Positions 30,307 through 41,193 of a stretch of DNA of 64,000 nt are shown here, piece by piece. Source of the DNA: Planctomycetaceae bacterium (GTDB lineage: Bacteria; Planctomycetota; Planctomycetia; Pirellulales; Pirellulaceae). The translations under genes and the position numbers were made by a program. Where the stretch lies: assembly GCA_002709225.1 (NCBI GenBank), contig PAQH01000022.1, positions 1,907-65,906 of the forward strand, given 5' to 3'. The notes under the pieces were generated by a model. That model was not told the origin of the DNA. It saw nothing but the letters and a program-made list of their open reading frames with translations, and ran no database searches. Numbering within the stretch: the stretch's first letter is position 1; every line of letters begins with the position of its first letter.

Positions 30307-30578
30307 ACCGGTTCGCGCCCCGCCGGTCCTGGGTGTGGGTTCCGGTGGTAAGATTCGGGGCTATCGCGTCAGGCGCGCGATACGAGTGTCGCAAATGCGT
30401 GTTGGCGGCCGCCCGCACGCGCGCGCACTCCAGGTCCTGATCTACTGTTCATGGAGTTTGGATCGTATACAATCGCGCGGCTCAATGCATTGAAGGGCTC
30501 GGCACAACGCCACGCGGGGCCAGTGTGGTCAGTAAATTTGCCAGTGCGGCCAAGCCAGCGCGGCCAAGGAGTGAAGTC

Positions 30579-31625
30579 ATGAGTACGATTCGTGTTGGAA
30601 TTGTAGGATTGGGTGCCAATTGCCGATTGCGCCACGTGCCTGGGTTGCGCGCGTGTCGCGATGTCGAGATCACGGCAGTCTGTAATCGTCGTCCCGAGTC
30701 GACCCAGCAGATGGCGCAACAATACAACATTCCCAAGACGTATGAACGCTGGCAGGATCTGATCACCGACCCAGAAATTGATGCGGTGTTGATCGGGACG
30801 TGGCCCTATTTGCATGCCGAAATCAGCGTGGCGGCGCTCCAGTCAGGTAAGCATGTTTCCACAGAAGCGAGGATGGCACGCAATATTGTGGAAGCAGGTC
30901 AGATGTTGGCGGTCAGTCGGCAGTATCCAGAACTGGTCACCCAGATCGTACCGAGCCCGTTTGGATTGCGTGTGCACCAGACAGTACTCGAACAGCTCGC
31001 AGCAGGTTATCTCGGTGAACTTCGTGAGGTGGTGGTGCTCGCCACAAGCGGCGACTATGCGGATCCAGCCACGCCATTGCATTGGCGCCAGTCGGCGGAA
31101 ATCAGCGGACTCAACATGCTGGCGATGGGCATCGTTCATGAGACACTGACTCGTTGGGTTCCGGATCCGATCCAGGTACTCGCACAGACGCAGATCTTTA
31201 CGCAGCAGCGCAGGAACGAGCAGACAGGGCAACTTGAAGACGTTGGCACGCCGGATACGGTTCACGTCTTGACCGAGTTGCCCGCAGGAGTTCGTGGCAT
31301 CTACCACCTGAGTGGTGTGGTGCACCACGGTCCATCATTGCAGATTAGGTTGTTTGGCACTGCCGGGACTTTGCAGTGCGTGTGCGACCCAGAAGATCGC
31401 TTGCTGGGGGCCCGTGCCGAGGATCCTCAGTTGGCAGAGATCCCGATCGCGGCAGAGAAGGAGGGAGGCTGGCGTGTTGAAGCGGACTTTATTGACGCCA
31501 TCCGTGGTGAAAAAGAAATCGAGTTTACGACATTTGCAGCGGGTGTTCGCTACATGGAATTCACCGAGGCGGTTGCTCGCAGCAGCCAGCAGCGTACGGC
31601 TGTCAGGCTCCCGCTCGATGATTGA
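30579..31625 (+). CDS. Gfo/Idh/MocA family oxidoreductase (cytoplasmic type, ThuB-like class)
   Basis: Track ORF is 30525..31625. ATG 30579, preceded by aggag, gives MSTIRVGIVGLGAN, the Rossmann GxGxxG N-terminus typical of the family. EARMA motif region is present. Confidence 0.85.
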   Translation: MSTIRVGIVGLGANCRLRHVPGLRACRDVEITAVCNRRPESTQQMAQQYNIPKTYERWQDLITDPEIDAVLIGTWPYLHAEISVAALQSGKHVSTEARMARNIVEAGQMLAVSRQYPELVTQIVPSPFGLRVHQTVLEQLAAGYLGELREVVVLATSGDYADPATPLHWRQSAEISGLNMLAMGIVHETLTRWVPDPIQVLAQTQIFTQQRRNEQTGQLEDVGTPDTVHVLTELPAGVRGIYHLSGVVHHGPSLQIRLFGTAGTLQCVCDPEDRLLGARAEDPQLAEIPIAAEKEGGWRVEADFIDAIRGEKEIEFTTFAAGVRYMEFTEAVARSSQQRTAVRLPLDD

Positions 31626-31752
31626 AAGGGAGTTTGTGGTGTCACTCTTGTGTTGCTATGGGTGGGCGGCGTGATTTGACTTGAAACTTGGGTCGCGGTA
31701 TCGTGCACCAGATCCTGATGCTGCTTTTCTTTTCCGTGATGGAGACCCTGCG

Positions 31753-34700
31753 ATGTGGCGTTCTTTCTTTTTGCTGGCAGCCTGTTCCTCAACCGTGTTA
31801 CCAGGTTTTGCCACGCGTCTGGAGGCAGCCGACGAGGAGGGTTTTGAGTCCATTTTCGATGGCAAGACACTCGCCGGTTGGGACGGTAATCCTAAGTTTT
31901 GGCGCGTCGAAGAAGAAGCGATTACCGGGCAGACGACGAAAGAAAATCCTACCAAGGGAAACACGTTTATCGTGTGGCGAAAAGGTCAGCTCGCCGATTT
32001 TGAATTGAAACTGGAATACCGGATTGTGGGTGGCAATTCAGGGATCCAGTACCGCAGTTTTGAGAAACCCAATGAATGGGGCAAGTGGGTTGTCGGCGGT
32101 TATCAGGCAGATTTTGAGGCGGGAGATCGGTACTCAGGAATCCTCTACGGAGAGCGTTATCGTGGCATTCTGGCCGACCGTGGACAACGTACGGTGATTC
32201 AGAAAGGTGGTAAGGCTAAAGTAGTAGGTTCCGTTGGTGACTCGGATGAGATCCAGAAAAAGATCAAGAAGGAAGACTGGAATACATACCATATCGTAGC
32301 GCGTGGAAATCACTTTATTCACAAGATCAACGGTGTCGTTACTTGTGAGTCAACGGACGAGGATGATGTAGCCCGCGCCAGCGGAATCTTGGCACTGCAG
32401 CTACATGCTGGTCCACCGATGAAAGTGCAATTCCGCAAGATCCGGCTGAAACGTTTGAAAGCTTCCGGGAAAAAAGTGGCGTTCATGGCGGGCCGACGCA
32501 GTCACGGCTACGGTGCCCACGAACACTACGCAGGATGCATGATCCTGGCGAATGCGTTGCGTGAGAGTCTGCCGGGTTACGAAGTCGATGTGTTTCGTGA
32601 CGGTTGGCCACGCGATCCCGAGGTTCTGAAAGGCATCGACTGCCTGGTGATGTATGCGGATGGCGGGGCCGGCCACCCAGTGAACAAACATCTACAGCAA
32701 GTAGATGAACTGGCTGACGCGGGCGTCGGTATTGCCTGCATTCACTACGGTGTGGAAGTGCCCAAAGGGGAGTCTGGGGATCATTTCCTCAAGTGGATCG
32801 GTGGTTATTTTGAACCAGACTGGTCAGTAAATCCCCACTGGACTGCGAGTTTTGCGAAATTGCCTCGACACCCGATTACCCAGGGCGTCAAACCGTTCAA
32901 GATCAATGACGAGTGGTATTACCACATGCGGTTTCGCGATGATATGGAGGGTGTTACACCGATCCTTTCGGATCTGCCGCCGGCCTCGTCTCTACAACGA
33001 CCAGATGGACCCCATAGTGGGAATCGTTTTGTACGCGCGGCCGTGCTGGAACGCAAAGAGCGTCAGCATATGGCGTGGGCATCGGTACGGCCCAACGGGG
33101 GCCGTGGATTTGGTTTTACTGGGGGACACGTTCACTGGAATTGGGGCAATCCGAATTTCCGTAAACTGGTACTTAATGCAATCGTGTGGTGTGCTGGTGG
33201 CGCTGTGCCAGCGCAGGGAGTGACCGACGGCACCTTGACGATCCAGGATCTGGAAAAGAATCAGGACTATCCGCAGCCGGCGAACTTCGACCCGCAGAAA
33301 ATCGTCGAGGAAAAACAGCTGTCCACACACCAGCCGGCATCCGAAAAAAAAAAAGCATCGGCTAAACCGCTCTACGCCAGTCCGATCGTAACACCGCAAA
33401 CGACTGGCCATGCGGTGACGATTGATGTGGACCTACAAGACGCAAAACGGTTGTTCCTGGTCGTCCGTGATGGTGGCAACGGTTACGGTTGTGACTGGGC
33501 AGACTGGATTGACCCGCGGATATCCGGACCAGCGGGTGAGCTGAGCTTGATCGAGTTGCCTTGGAAGTCGGCGGTGACTGCTTGGGGGCAGGTTCGCGTT
33601 AACAAGAATGCAGCCGGTGGTCCGTTGCGCGTGGCCGGTAACTCGATAGGCCGGGGTATTGGAACTCACGCCAATAGCGTTATTGAGTTTGCCGTGCCGG
33701 AGGGATTCTCCCGTTTTCGCGCCCGCGGCGGATTAGACAACGGGGGGACCGATCAGCGGGCCTGTGGTGGACAGGCGTCTGTCCAGTTTTTGGTGTACAC
33801 GTCGCTGCCAACTGCTACCGGCGGAGATCGTAGCCCGGACGATGCATTGGGCAATCTGGATGTGGGGCAAGGCCTGGAGGCAACCTTGTTTGCCGCCGAG
33901 CCGATCATGCAGAATCCGACCAACATCGATATTGATCACCGTGGTCGCGTGTGGGTGTGTGAAGTCGTCAACTACCGCCACTTTGCGAATAAGGACAAGG
34001 CGGTTCGGGAAGCGGGTGACCGGATCCTGATTCTCACAGACACCGATCAGGATGGAGTGGCCGATAAGCGATCGGTCTTTTATCAAAGCCGCGACATTGA
34101 CTCGGCCCACGGTATCTGTGTGCTGCCGACGCCAGCTGGTCCCGGTACACGCGTGATTGTCTCGGCGGGCGCCCACGTGTTTGTATTGACAGACGATGAC
34201 GGAGATGATCAGGCGGATCGACGCGATATCCTATTCAGCGGCATTGGTGGGGTACAGCATGATCACGGAATCCACGCCTTTGTGGTTGGTCCCGATGGCA
34301 AGTTGTATTTCAATTTTGGCAACGAAGGCAAGCAGATACGTGATGCCAGCGGCAAGCCGATTAAAGATTTAGCGGGTAACCGCGTCTCCGCGGACCGTAA
34401 GCCGTACCAGCAAGGGATGGTTTTTCGCTGTAACCCTGATGGTAGTGAGTTTGAGACCTTGGGTTGGAATTTTCGCAACAACTGGGAAGTCACGGTTGAT
34501 AGTTTTGGTACGCTCTGGCAGTCCGATAACGATGACGATGGGAACCGTGGAGTGCGGATCAATTACGTCATGGAGTTTGGCAATTATGGCTATCGTGATG
34601 AAATGACCGGGGCTGGATGGAAAACGGAACGGACTGGAATGGCTGAAGACGTTCCCACCCGACACTGGCATCAGAATGACCCGGGTGTCGTTCCCAACCT

Positions 34701-35742
34701 ACTGCAGACAGGTGCAGGCTCACCGACCGGAATTTGTGTCTACGAGGGGAGCTTGTTGCCCGAAGTGTTTCGCAACCAGATGATCCATACGGACGCCGGA
34801 CCAAGTATCGTGCGAGCCTATCCGGTGCAATCGGCTGGCGCCGGTTATCGGGCGAAGTCTGTTTCTATTTTACATGGTGCCCGTGACAATTGGTTTCGAC
34901 CATCGGACGTGTGTGTCGCGCCTGATGGGTCGTTATATGTCGCCGATTGGTATGACCCGGGAGTCGGTGGGCACCGTATGGGAGATGTTGATCGCGGCCG
35001 CATTTTTCGCGTTGCCCCTCCAGGGCATGCTGCAACGGTACCGAAGTTCGATTTTTCCACCGTGCAAGGAGCGATTTCCGCGCTGCGGAGCCCAAATCGT
35101 GTCGTGCAGTATCTGGCACGGACCTCGCTGCGCAAATTAGGGACGGCTGCCGAACAAGGGCTGGCAACGATGTTCAAGGCGAATTCCAACCCCCGTTTTC
35201 GTGCCCGCGCGCTGTGGTTGCTGGGCAAAGGGGCACGTGGCGATATGTGGGTGCAACGAGCGCTGGAGGATAGCGACCCGAATATTCGTTCGGTCGGAAT
35301 CCGCCTGGCACGCCAGCGTATGCGTAACCCTTTGCCGGTTGTAGCTCCGTTGGTCGAGGATGATTCTCCCCTGGTACGCCGCGAGCTGGCGATTGCATTG
35401 AGGCATCAGAAAGTGCCTGCCGCGGCTGGCTTGTGGGCTCAGCTGGCGCTACGGCATGATGGGAAGGATCGATGGTACCTGGAAGCGTTAGGGTTGGCTG
35501 CCGATGGTCAGGAGAGTGTTTTTTTTACCACCTGGCTTAAGCACGTGGGCGACCAATGGAATACACCAGCGGGTCACGACATTATTTGGCGCAGCCGAGC
35601 TCCGGAGGCGTGTGCCTATTTGGCCCGCATTCTCACTGACGAACAGACTCCGATTGACGCCCAGCCGCGATTTTTTCGGGCCTTTGATTTTCATAGCGGG
35701 CCGGCGAAAGAAGCAGCACTCAAGAGTATTCTGGGTGAGTAA
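31753..35742 (+). CDS. Secreted fusion protein: DUF1080 (3-keto-disaccharide hydrolase-like) + ThuA-like + NPCBM-like + 'membrane-bound dehydrogenase' beta-propeller + HEAT repeats; no CxxCH
   Basis: Track ORF is 31681..35742. ATG 31753, preceded by ggag, gives the signal peptide [23 protein letters not shown]1080: [42 protein letters not shown]. ThuA-like: [34 protein letters not shown]-like: [33 protein letters not shown]. Dehydrogenase domain: [34 protein letters not shown]-like: [26 protein letters not shown]. Confidence 0.85.
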   Translation: MWRSFFLLAACSSTVLPGFATRLEAADEEGFESIFDGKTLAGWDGNPKFWRVEEEAITGQTTKENPTKGNTFIVWRKGQLADFELKLEYRIVGGNSGIQYRSFEKPNEWGKWVVGGYQADFEAGDRYSGILYGERYRGILADRGQRTVIQKGGKAKVVGSVGDSDEIQKKIKKEDWNTYHIVARGNHFIHKINGVVTCESTDEDDVARASGILALQLHAGPPMKVQFRKIRLKRLKASGKKVAFMAGRRSHGYGAHEHYAGCMILANALRESLPGYEVDVFRDGWPRDPEVLKGIDCLVMYADGGAGHPVNKHLQQVDELADAGVGIACIHYGVEVPKGESGDHFLKWIGGYFEPDWSVNPHWTASFAKLPRHPITQGVKPFKINDEWYYHMRFRDDMEGVTPILSDLPPASSLQRPDGPHSGNRFVRAAVLERKERQHMAWASVRPNGGRGFGFTGGHVHWNWGNPNFRKLVLNAIVWCAGGAVPAQGVTDGTLTIQDLEKNQDYPQPANFDPQKIVEEKQLSTHQPASEKKKASAKPLYASPIVTPQTTGHAVTIDVDLQDAKRLFLVVRDGGNGYGCDWADWIDPRISGPAGELSLIELPWKSAVTAWGQVRVNKNAAGGPLRVAGNSIGRGIGTHANSVIEFAVPEGFSRFRARGGLDNGGTDQRACGGQASVQFLVYTSLPTATGGDRSPDDALGNLDVGQGLEATLFAAEPIMQNPTNIDIDHRGRVWVCEVVNYRHFANKDKAVREAGDRILILTDTDQDGVADKRSVFYQSRDIDSAHGICVLPTPAGPGTRVIVSAGAHVFVLTDDDGDDQADRRDILFSGIGGVQHDHGIHAFVVGPDGKLYFNFGNEGKQIRDASGKPIKDLAGNRVSADRKPYQQGMVFRCNPDGSEFETLGWNFRNNWEVTVDSFGTLWQSDNDDDGNRGVRINYVMEFGNYGYRDEMTGAGWKTERTGMAEDVPTRHWHQNDPGVVPNLLQTGAGSPTGICVYEGSLLPEVFRNQMIHTDAGPSIVRAYPVQSAGAGYRAKSVSILHGARDNWFRPSDVCVAPDGSLYVADWYDPGVGGHRMGDVDRGRIFRVAPPGHAATVPKFDFSTVQGAISALRSPNRVVQYLARTSLRKLGTAAEQGLATMFKANSNPRFRARALWLLGKGARGDMWVQRALEDSDPNIRSVGIRLARQRMRNPLPVVAPLVEDDSPLVRRELAIALRHQKVPAAAGLWAQLALRHDGKDRWYLEALGLAADGQESVFFTTWLKHVGDQWNTPAGHDIIWRSRAPEACAYLARILTDEQTPIDAQPRFFRAFDFHSGPAKEAALKSILGE

Positions 35743-35825
35743 ACTGGTCAGCTGACAGCAATCGGTTGCGTGCGCGTCGGCAGTATAGGGAAGCTGTCGT
35801 TTTGACCCCAAGCAATGGAAGTTCG

Positions 35826-36053
35826 ATGAAATTTGTTGAAATGACTGGTCGCTCCCTACTGTTAATTGTCAGCGATGATGAAATGAGTGCCGCCGAATTG
35901 GTGACTGCAGGAGTTGCAGACGAGACCGTCGTTCGTGTGAATCAACATGGTGACATCGAGATTCGTCGCTCGGAAGGATGGGATATCATTGGTGGACTAC
36001 TGGGTAACTACGAAGAACGCATTCATCGCCAGACGGGCTGTAAATGGGCCTAG
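35826..36053 (+). CDS. Small hypothetical protein (75 aa)
   Basis: Track ORF is 35766..36053; the internal ATG at 35826 gives MKFVEMTGRS. It sits in operon-like spacing between two sugar-metabolism genes. I recognise no motif. Confidence 0.45.
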   Translation: MKFVEMTGRSLLLIVSDDEMSAAELVTAGVADETVVRVNQHGDIEIRRSEGWDIIGGLLGNYEERIHRQTGCKWA

Positions 36054-36242
36054 TGCCAAGCGGGTTGCCGGTGGGACCAGCGACCGATGGTGTTGCTGTC
36101 TGTGTTTGCTGTCGAGAGGGCTGGGGTCCGTTGTTTGCGTGGTGGTTGCCGTCCGCACTCGACCACACTGACCGCCGCGGATGGCGGATGCTTGGACTGT
36201 GCCAGGTTGGCTCTGACCGGTAGTGAGTGAAAGGGACTAGCG

Positions 36243-37085
36243 ATGCCGAACGGCCGAATTCAGCATTCCATTGTCCACTGGTGTTTTGCCGACTATTGGA
36301 CAGTGGAACAAACGTGCCAGATCGCGCGAAACTTGGGTTGTCTGAGTATCGAATTAGTGGCACCAGACCAGTGGCCAACACTCAAAAAGTACGGGTTGGG
36401 CTGCGCGATTGCGGGTAGTCACTTGTTTGTCCAGGGCATGAATCAGCGGAAGTACCAGCCCATGTGTCTGGCGTTGTTACGCCAGGCCATCGATGATTGC
36501 GCAGACGCGAACGTCCCGACCGTCATTACGTTCACTGGCTATGACCATGATACAGGTGAGCCCGCTGACGGACAAAATCCGGAGCTTGCTCAAATTCCTG
36601 AAAATCCAGTACAGATCGATCCCGATGAGGGGTTGCGCAATTGTGTCACCGGTTACAAAGAGATTGTGGGCTACGCGGAGAAGAAAAAAGTTAGCCTGTC
36701 GCTGGAGATGTTGAATACTCGGGTAACTACGCACCCGATGAAAGGACACCCTGGCTACCAGGGAGATCAGCTGGACTATTGTGCGGAGATTATTAATCAG
36801 GTCGGCTCACCACGCCTGGGATTGTTATTTGACGCCTATCACGTACAGATCATGGAAGGTGACTTGGTCACGCGGATCCACGAATATCAGCAGATCATCA
36901 ACCATGTCCACACCGCAGGAAATCCGGGCCGTGGTGAACTCGATGCATCTCAGGAGATCAATTACCCGCCACTGATGCGGGCACTTGTCGATGTGGGGTA
37001 TCAAGGATTTGTAGGACACGAGTTCATCCCCACCAGAGATCCGCTCAAGGGACTTTCCGAGGCCGTTGCCGTGTGTGATATCTGA
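36243..37085 (+). CDS. Xylose-isomerase-like TIM-barrel protein (hydroxypyruvate isomerase / sugar phosphate isomerase-epimerase family)
   Basis: 280 aa. HVHTAGNPGRGELD resembles the Hyi-family motif (H.Q.AD.PGR.EP). HEFIP lies near the C-terminus. The N-terminus IQHSIVHWCF is typical of planctomycetal members. Confidence 0.75.
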   Translation: MPNGRIQHSIVHWCFADYWTVEQTCQIARNLGCLSIELVAPDQWPTLKKYGLGCAIAGSHLFVQGMNQRKYQPMCLALLRQAIDDCADANVPTVITFTGYDHDTGEPADGQNPELAQIPENPVQIDPDEGLRNCVTGYKEIVGYAEKKKVSLSLEMLNTRVTTHPMKGHPGYQGDQLDYCAEIINQVGSPRLGLLFDAYHVQIMEGDLVTRIHEYQQIINHVHTAGNPGRGELDASQEINYPPLMRALVDVGYQGFVGHEFIPTRDPLKGLSEAVAVCDI

Positions 37086-37244
37086 CGGTACATTGTCATC
37101 CTCTCCGGTGGTGTCCTGTGTTGGTGGTGGTGGCGCTGATGGGACCGCTGTCGTTTGTGTGTCACCGGTCTCGGTTAGTGAGCACCAGACTTACAGGAAG
37201 TTGGCTGTCTCAACTGTCTCGAATCGAGTGAGCTCTGGTCGCAC

Positions 37245-38072
37245 ATGACACGATCTGATGATGCTTTTGAGACGCGCTTTGACTTAGCGCTGGCTGCCGC
37301 CCGCGAAGCCGGCCGCAAGACGCTGGAATTTTTTCGCGGTGATGATCTGGGAATGGAGCTTAAAGCGGACAATTCTCCGGTCACGGTTGCGGATCGTCAG
37401 GCAGAGCTACTGTTGCGAGAACGCATTGGTAATCTCTTTCCAGACGATGGAATCGTTGGCGAAGAATACGGACAGCAGCAAGGGTCGACGGGATACCGCT
37501 GGATTCTCGATCCGATTGACGGTACCAAGAGCTTTGTTAGTGGAGTGCCGCTCTACGGGACTCTGGTTGGTGTCGAATACGAAGGCCGCAGCGTTATCGG
37601 AGTGATCGATATTCCGGCGCTCGGGGAATGTGTGTACGCGGCGGCGGGCCGAGGCTGCTGGTACCTGCAGGGAACGGAACCGGCGCGGCAGACCCGGGTT
37701 TCGGAAACTCAGCGATTAGGCCAGGGGCTGCTGGTGACGACGCAAATCGATTCGTTCGCTGTTCGCAATGCCCGGGATGCTTTCGAGTCGCTTCAGCGAC
37801 AAGCCGCCATCACACGGACTTGGGGTGATTGCTACGGCTACCTACTGGTTGTTACAGGGCGTGCAGTTGCGATGGTCGATCCGTTGATGAACATTTGGGA
37901 TGCGGCCGCATTGCAACCGGTTCTCGAGGAGGCGGGTGGAACATTCACGGATTGGCAGGGAGAGCCGACGATTCATAGTGGCGAAGGAGTGGCGACCAAT
38001 GGCGCGGTTCTGCAGGAAGTGCTGCAAGCGACTCGGCTTTGCCCGCGACTTCCTGAGAATCCGGCCGATTGA
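37245..38072 (+). CDS. Inositol monophosphatase family protein (IMPase / histidinol-phosphatase HisN-like)
   Basis: WILDPIDGTKSF metal-binding motif, EE near the N-terminal third (IVGEEYG), and WDAAA motif (NIWDAAALQPVLEEAGG). Confidence 0.85.
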   Translation: MTRSDDAFETRFDLALAAAREAGRKTLEFFRGDDLGMELKADNSPVTVADRQAELLLRERIGNLFPDDGIVGEEYGQQQGSTGYRWILDPIDGTKSFVSGVPLYGTLVGVEYEGRSVIGVIDIPALGECVYAAAGRGCWYLQGTEPARQTRVSETQRLGQGLLVTTQIDSFAVRNARDAFESLQRQAAITRTWGDCYGYLLVVTGRAVAMVDPLMNIWDAAALQPVLEEAGGTFTDWQGEPTIHSGEGVATNGAVLQEVLQATRLCPRLPENPAD

Positions 38073-38214
38073 TCACAACTCTCGAGAGAAGAGCTACCCC
38101 ACAGAGCCTCGCGAACGACTACAGGGCTAAATGAATCCGGAACATGTAGCGTACATCTATACCTCCGTTGCTTGGACTTTGTTGCGGAATGTCAACGGCG
38201 AGTGGCCGTGTGGT

Positions 38215-38535
38215 TTAAGCGGGGCACTTCCTTTCGATGCGATTGAGCGTGGCCATCAACTGTCCCCATTGAGTGACTAGCTCCGCGGTTTCAATAGTTG
38301 TGCAGCGGTCGTTACCAAAACCAAATTCGTTTACCCGAAAGTCGCGGCCCAGCACCAGGAATTCAGTATCCGGGGGTTTCTTGCGGGGTCCGTACGGAGA
38401 GTGCTCGGAATCCTGCTGGGGTGTGAGAATCACCTGCTGCAGGGCTCGACTGACCGCCCACAAGGAGGCTTGCAGCGGGTCATCGGCTTGAATCACGAGT
38501 TTTAGGGTGCCCGATTCGACATAGTATTTTGCCAT
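38215..38535 (-). CDS. Small hypothetical protein (106 aa)
   Basis: Track ORF is 38215..38637. The internal ATG at 38535 gives MAKYYVESGTLKLVIQADDP. I recognise no motif. Confidence 0.45.
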   Translation of the reverse strand: MAKYYVESGTLKLVIQADDPLQASLWAVSRALQQVILTPQQDSEHSPYGPRKKPPDTEFLVLGRDFRVNEFGFGNDRCTTIETAELVTQWGQLMATLNRIERKCPA

Positions 38536-38740
38536 TGGTAAGTTCCTTGTCTGAGAGTTCCGTGTGCCATCTCGGCTGGTAGTTACATTCATCGCACGTC
38601 CCGTGACACGTCTGGTCACCGCGGGGCAAGAAAACACAGATCGATTGAGAATTTGTGTTTTTCCCTAATCCTCTTGCAAAGACGACCGGTCTGTTGGATG
38701 TTCTGGATCCTTAACTTGGTGACGAAAGGGTAGAGCCGTC

Positions 38741-40105
38741 ATGACACTGGCAACACACTTTGGCGCGACTGGAGATGGCCGTACTGACGATACCGCAGCA
38801 TTACAGCATGCGATTGACGCCGGCGGAGGTATACTCCAGCTTGCCAAAGGCACCTACCGTATTTCTCGACCTTTACAGTTAGACACGACCCGTTTGGGTT
38901 ATGTGGGCGTTCAAGGCGCGCAAGGAACCAGCCGGTTGGTGATGAGCGGTGCCGGTCCGGCGATATCTGTCGTTGGAGATCACCGCGGTACGGCAACTCC
39001 GATTCATGTGCAGCCGCACACTTGGGACCGAGAACGCATGCCGCTGTTGTCCGGATTGGAGATCGTTGGCGAGCACCCGCAGGCTGATGGCATTCGTTTG
39101 CAGCGGACGATGCAAACGACTATTCAAAACACGCTTGTCCGTCGTGTCCGTCATGGTATACAGCTTGTCGAGAGAAATCGAAACTTCCTGCTCTCTGCTT
39201 GCCACATCTACGACTGTCATGAAACGGGTGTGTTTTTTGATCATTGCAATCTGCACCAGGTGATTGTCACGGGCAATCACATCAGCTATTGCAAACGAGC
39301 CGGCATCTATCAGCACAACGGTGATGTGCATAACATTCAGATCACCGGGAATGATATTGAATACAACTCGGGTTACGATGGAAATCGCGATCCACAGCAC
39401 TCCGGAGAAATTGTCCTGTCGGCGCCCGAAGGAATTATTAGCGAGTACACCATTAGTGGAAACACGCTACAGGCGACACGTGAGGCGCCGGGTGCGAACG
39501 TGCTTGTTCTGGGTAAAGAAGATGGAACCGGCACGGCAGTTCGACTAGTCACGGTGACAGGTAATGTCTTAGGGAGTCGTGATCAAAATGTGGTGATCAC
39601 AGATGGTGTCAGAATTAGTATCACCGGCAATACGATCTACGCTGGTACACGTCGTAATATTCTCTTGACTGATTGTCACACTGTGGTCCTCAGTGGCAAT
39701 ACGATTGCGACTCGCCCTGCCAGCTGGCAAAGCAATTCTCGGGATGGGATTTCGCTGTTGCGTTGCACAGGTGGAATGGTGTCCGGGAATGTCATCAATG
39801 ATTGCCACCAAGAGGAGGGGGCTCTATCTGTTCGCGAATGTCGCGCCCTGGGGATCGCCAACAATCAGGTGCTGGATAGCCGCTCTCTGGCTATTGGTGT
39901 GCGCGATTCGGTCGGTTGTCGGATTTCGGATAACACGATTACCGAGCTGCGCGCTGAGCCGCAGATGACGAAATCTGTGCAAGTGTCCGGATCTAGCCTG
40001 CACAATGTAATTCAGAACAACCTCGTCTCTGCGGAAATCGACTGTTCTGCCGAGTGTGGCCAGCAAAGAGCCAATACATCGATTCCCGCCGTTGGCAGCG
40101 GCTGA
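38741..40105 (+). CDS. Right-handed parallel beta-helix protein (pectate-lyase-3 / GH28-related superfamily)
   Basis: The N-terminus FGATGDGRTDDTAALQHAIDAGGG is the classic Pectate_lyase_3 start. Repeated ITGN/VTGN/LSGN/VSGN turns occur throughout. Confidence 0.8.
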   Translation: MTLATHFGATGDGRTDDTAALQHAIDAGGGILQLAKGTYRISRPLQLDTTRLGYVGVQGAQGTSRLVMSGAGPAISVVGDHRGTATPIHVQPHTWDRERMPLLSGLEIVGEHPQADGIRLQRTMQTTIQNTLVRRVRHGIQLVERNRNFLLSACHIYDCHETGVFFDHCNLHQVIVTGNHISYCKRAGIYQHNGDVHNIQITGNDIEYNSGYDGNRDPQHSGEIVLSAPEGIISEYTISGNTLQATREAPGANVLVLGKEDGTGTAVRLVTVTGNVLGSRDQNVVITDGVRISITGNTIYAGTRRNILLTDCHTVVLSGNTIATRPASWQSNSRDGISLLRCTGGMVSGNVINDCHQEEGALSVRECRALGIANNQVLDSRSLAIGVRDSVGCRISDNTITELRAEPQMTKSVQVSGSSLHNVIQNNLVSAEIDCSAECGQQRANTSIPAVGSG

Positions 40106-40117
40106 AAACGTGCTGGA

Positions 40118-41047
40118 TCAACCGGTTTCCGGTAGGAACGAAGGTAAGTTCACACCCTCAAAGGGGTGGAATTCGCCCAGAACCTGGCAGAAATGTAGCT
40201 CGCAATTGCGCGCACCCCAGTCGTACATCGAGCGTACGAGTTCTGCCGATTGGACTGGGATCAGGACCACCGGACTGCGGCCGGGATAGGCGTTGAATTC
40301 GTGCCAGATCATGGCGGCTGCCTGCGCTTCGGTTCGCGCGACACCGGGACCAATCATGTTCATTGCCGGGTGACCGCAGGAAATGAGAAACCCTTCGATA
40401 CCCTGGTTTTCGCTTTCATAGACACAAATACGCCAGTGGCCGTCCAGATTATCGATCGCGTATCGATAATCTTTTTCTCGTGTGATGCGGCTGACTTCCA
40501 TTTCTAGCTTGGCGATTTCCGCTACATCGTCGGTACGTGCTGGTCGGACACATGTGGACCCTGCAACCGGTTCTCCCAAACCCGTTTCTGGAACTTTCAG
40601 AAACATATCCTGATAGGCGTGGCGCGGTACAAATCCAGCGCGGTTGTAGAGTGAAAAGGAGTCCAGGTTGAGCGCGCTTTGCGTCAACCGAAGCGGTTGC
40701 TTTGCCTCGCGGGCAATTGCGATAATGTGATCCAATAACGCTTTGCCAGCACCGGCCCCGAAATGGTTCGGGTGGACATTCATGATTCCCAGGGAGACAT
40801 GGTGCGCGCGGGGGTGATAAAAACAGGATCCTAGTAAACGGCCGGTATGGCGGTCTTCGGCGACGATGCCACAGCCTGGATCTAGTGCCTCGTACACGTG
40901 AAAAAAAATGTCGGTGACTGCTGGACCGCCTTGAAAGATGGCCGCCTGCCCGTGCGTGAGATACCAGTGGTTAATCGAAATGTAGATTAGCTCAGCCACT
41001 TCCCAGCGATCTGCTGCACGCATGGTGCGGATTTCAAAATCAGCCAT
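40118..41047 (-). CDS. GNAT-family N-acetyltransferase (two-domain)
   Basis: Track ORF is 40118..41185. ATG 41047, preceded by aggag, gives MADFEIRTMRAADRWEV. Motif A-like segment VHPNHFGAGAGKALLDHIIAIARE. Confidence 0.65.
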   Translation of the reverse strand: MADFEIRTMRAADRWEVAELIYISINHWYLTHGQAAIFQGGPAVTDIFFHVYEALDPGCGIVAEDRHTGRLLGSCFYHPRAHHVSLGIMNVHPNHFGAGAGKALLDHIIAIAREAKQPLRLTQSALNLDSFSLYNRAGFVPRHAYQDMFLKVPETGLGEPVAGSTCVRPARTDDVAEIAKLEMEVSRITREKDYRYAIDNLDGHWRICVYESENQGIEGFLISCGHPAMNMIGPGVARTEAQAAAMIWHEFNAYPGRSPVVLIPVQSAELVRSMYDWGARNCELHFCQVLGEFHPFEGVNLPSFLPETG

Positions 41048-41193
41048 GGTTATCTCCTGGGGCATGCACAGCGCGATCGTCTGACAGTCATCGATTATTG
41101 ACCAGGTGCTTGGTCGCAGAAAGAGGGTGCGAGCAGGTGCACTGATCTCAAAGAGACCAGTGCACCAGTGTGATTCGTGAACCAACAGTGACG

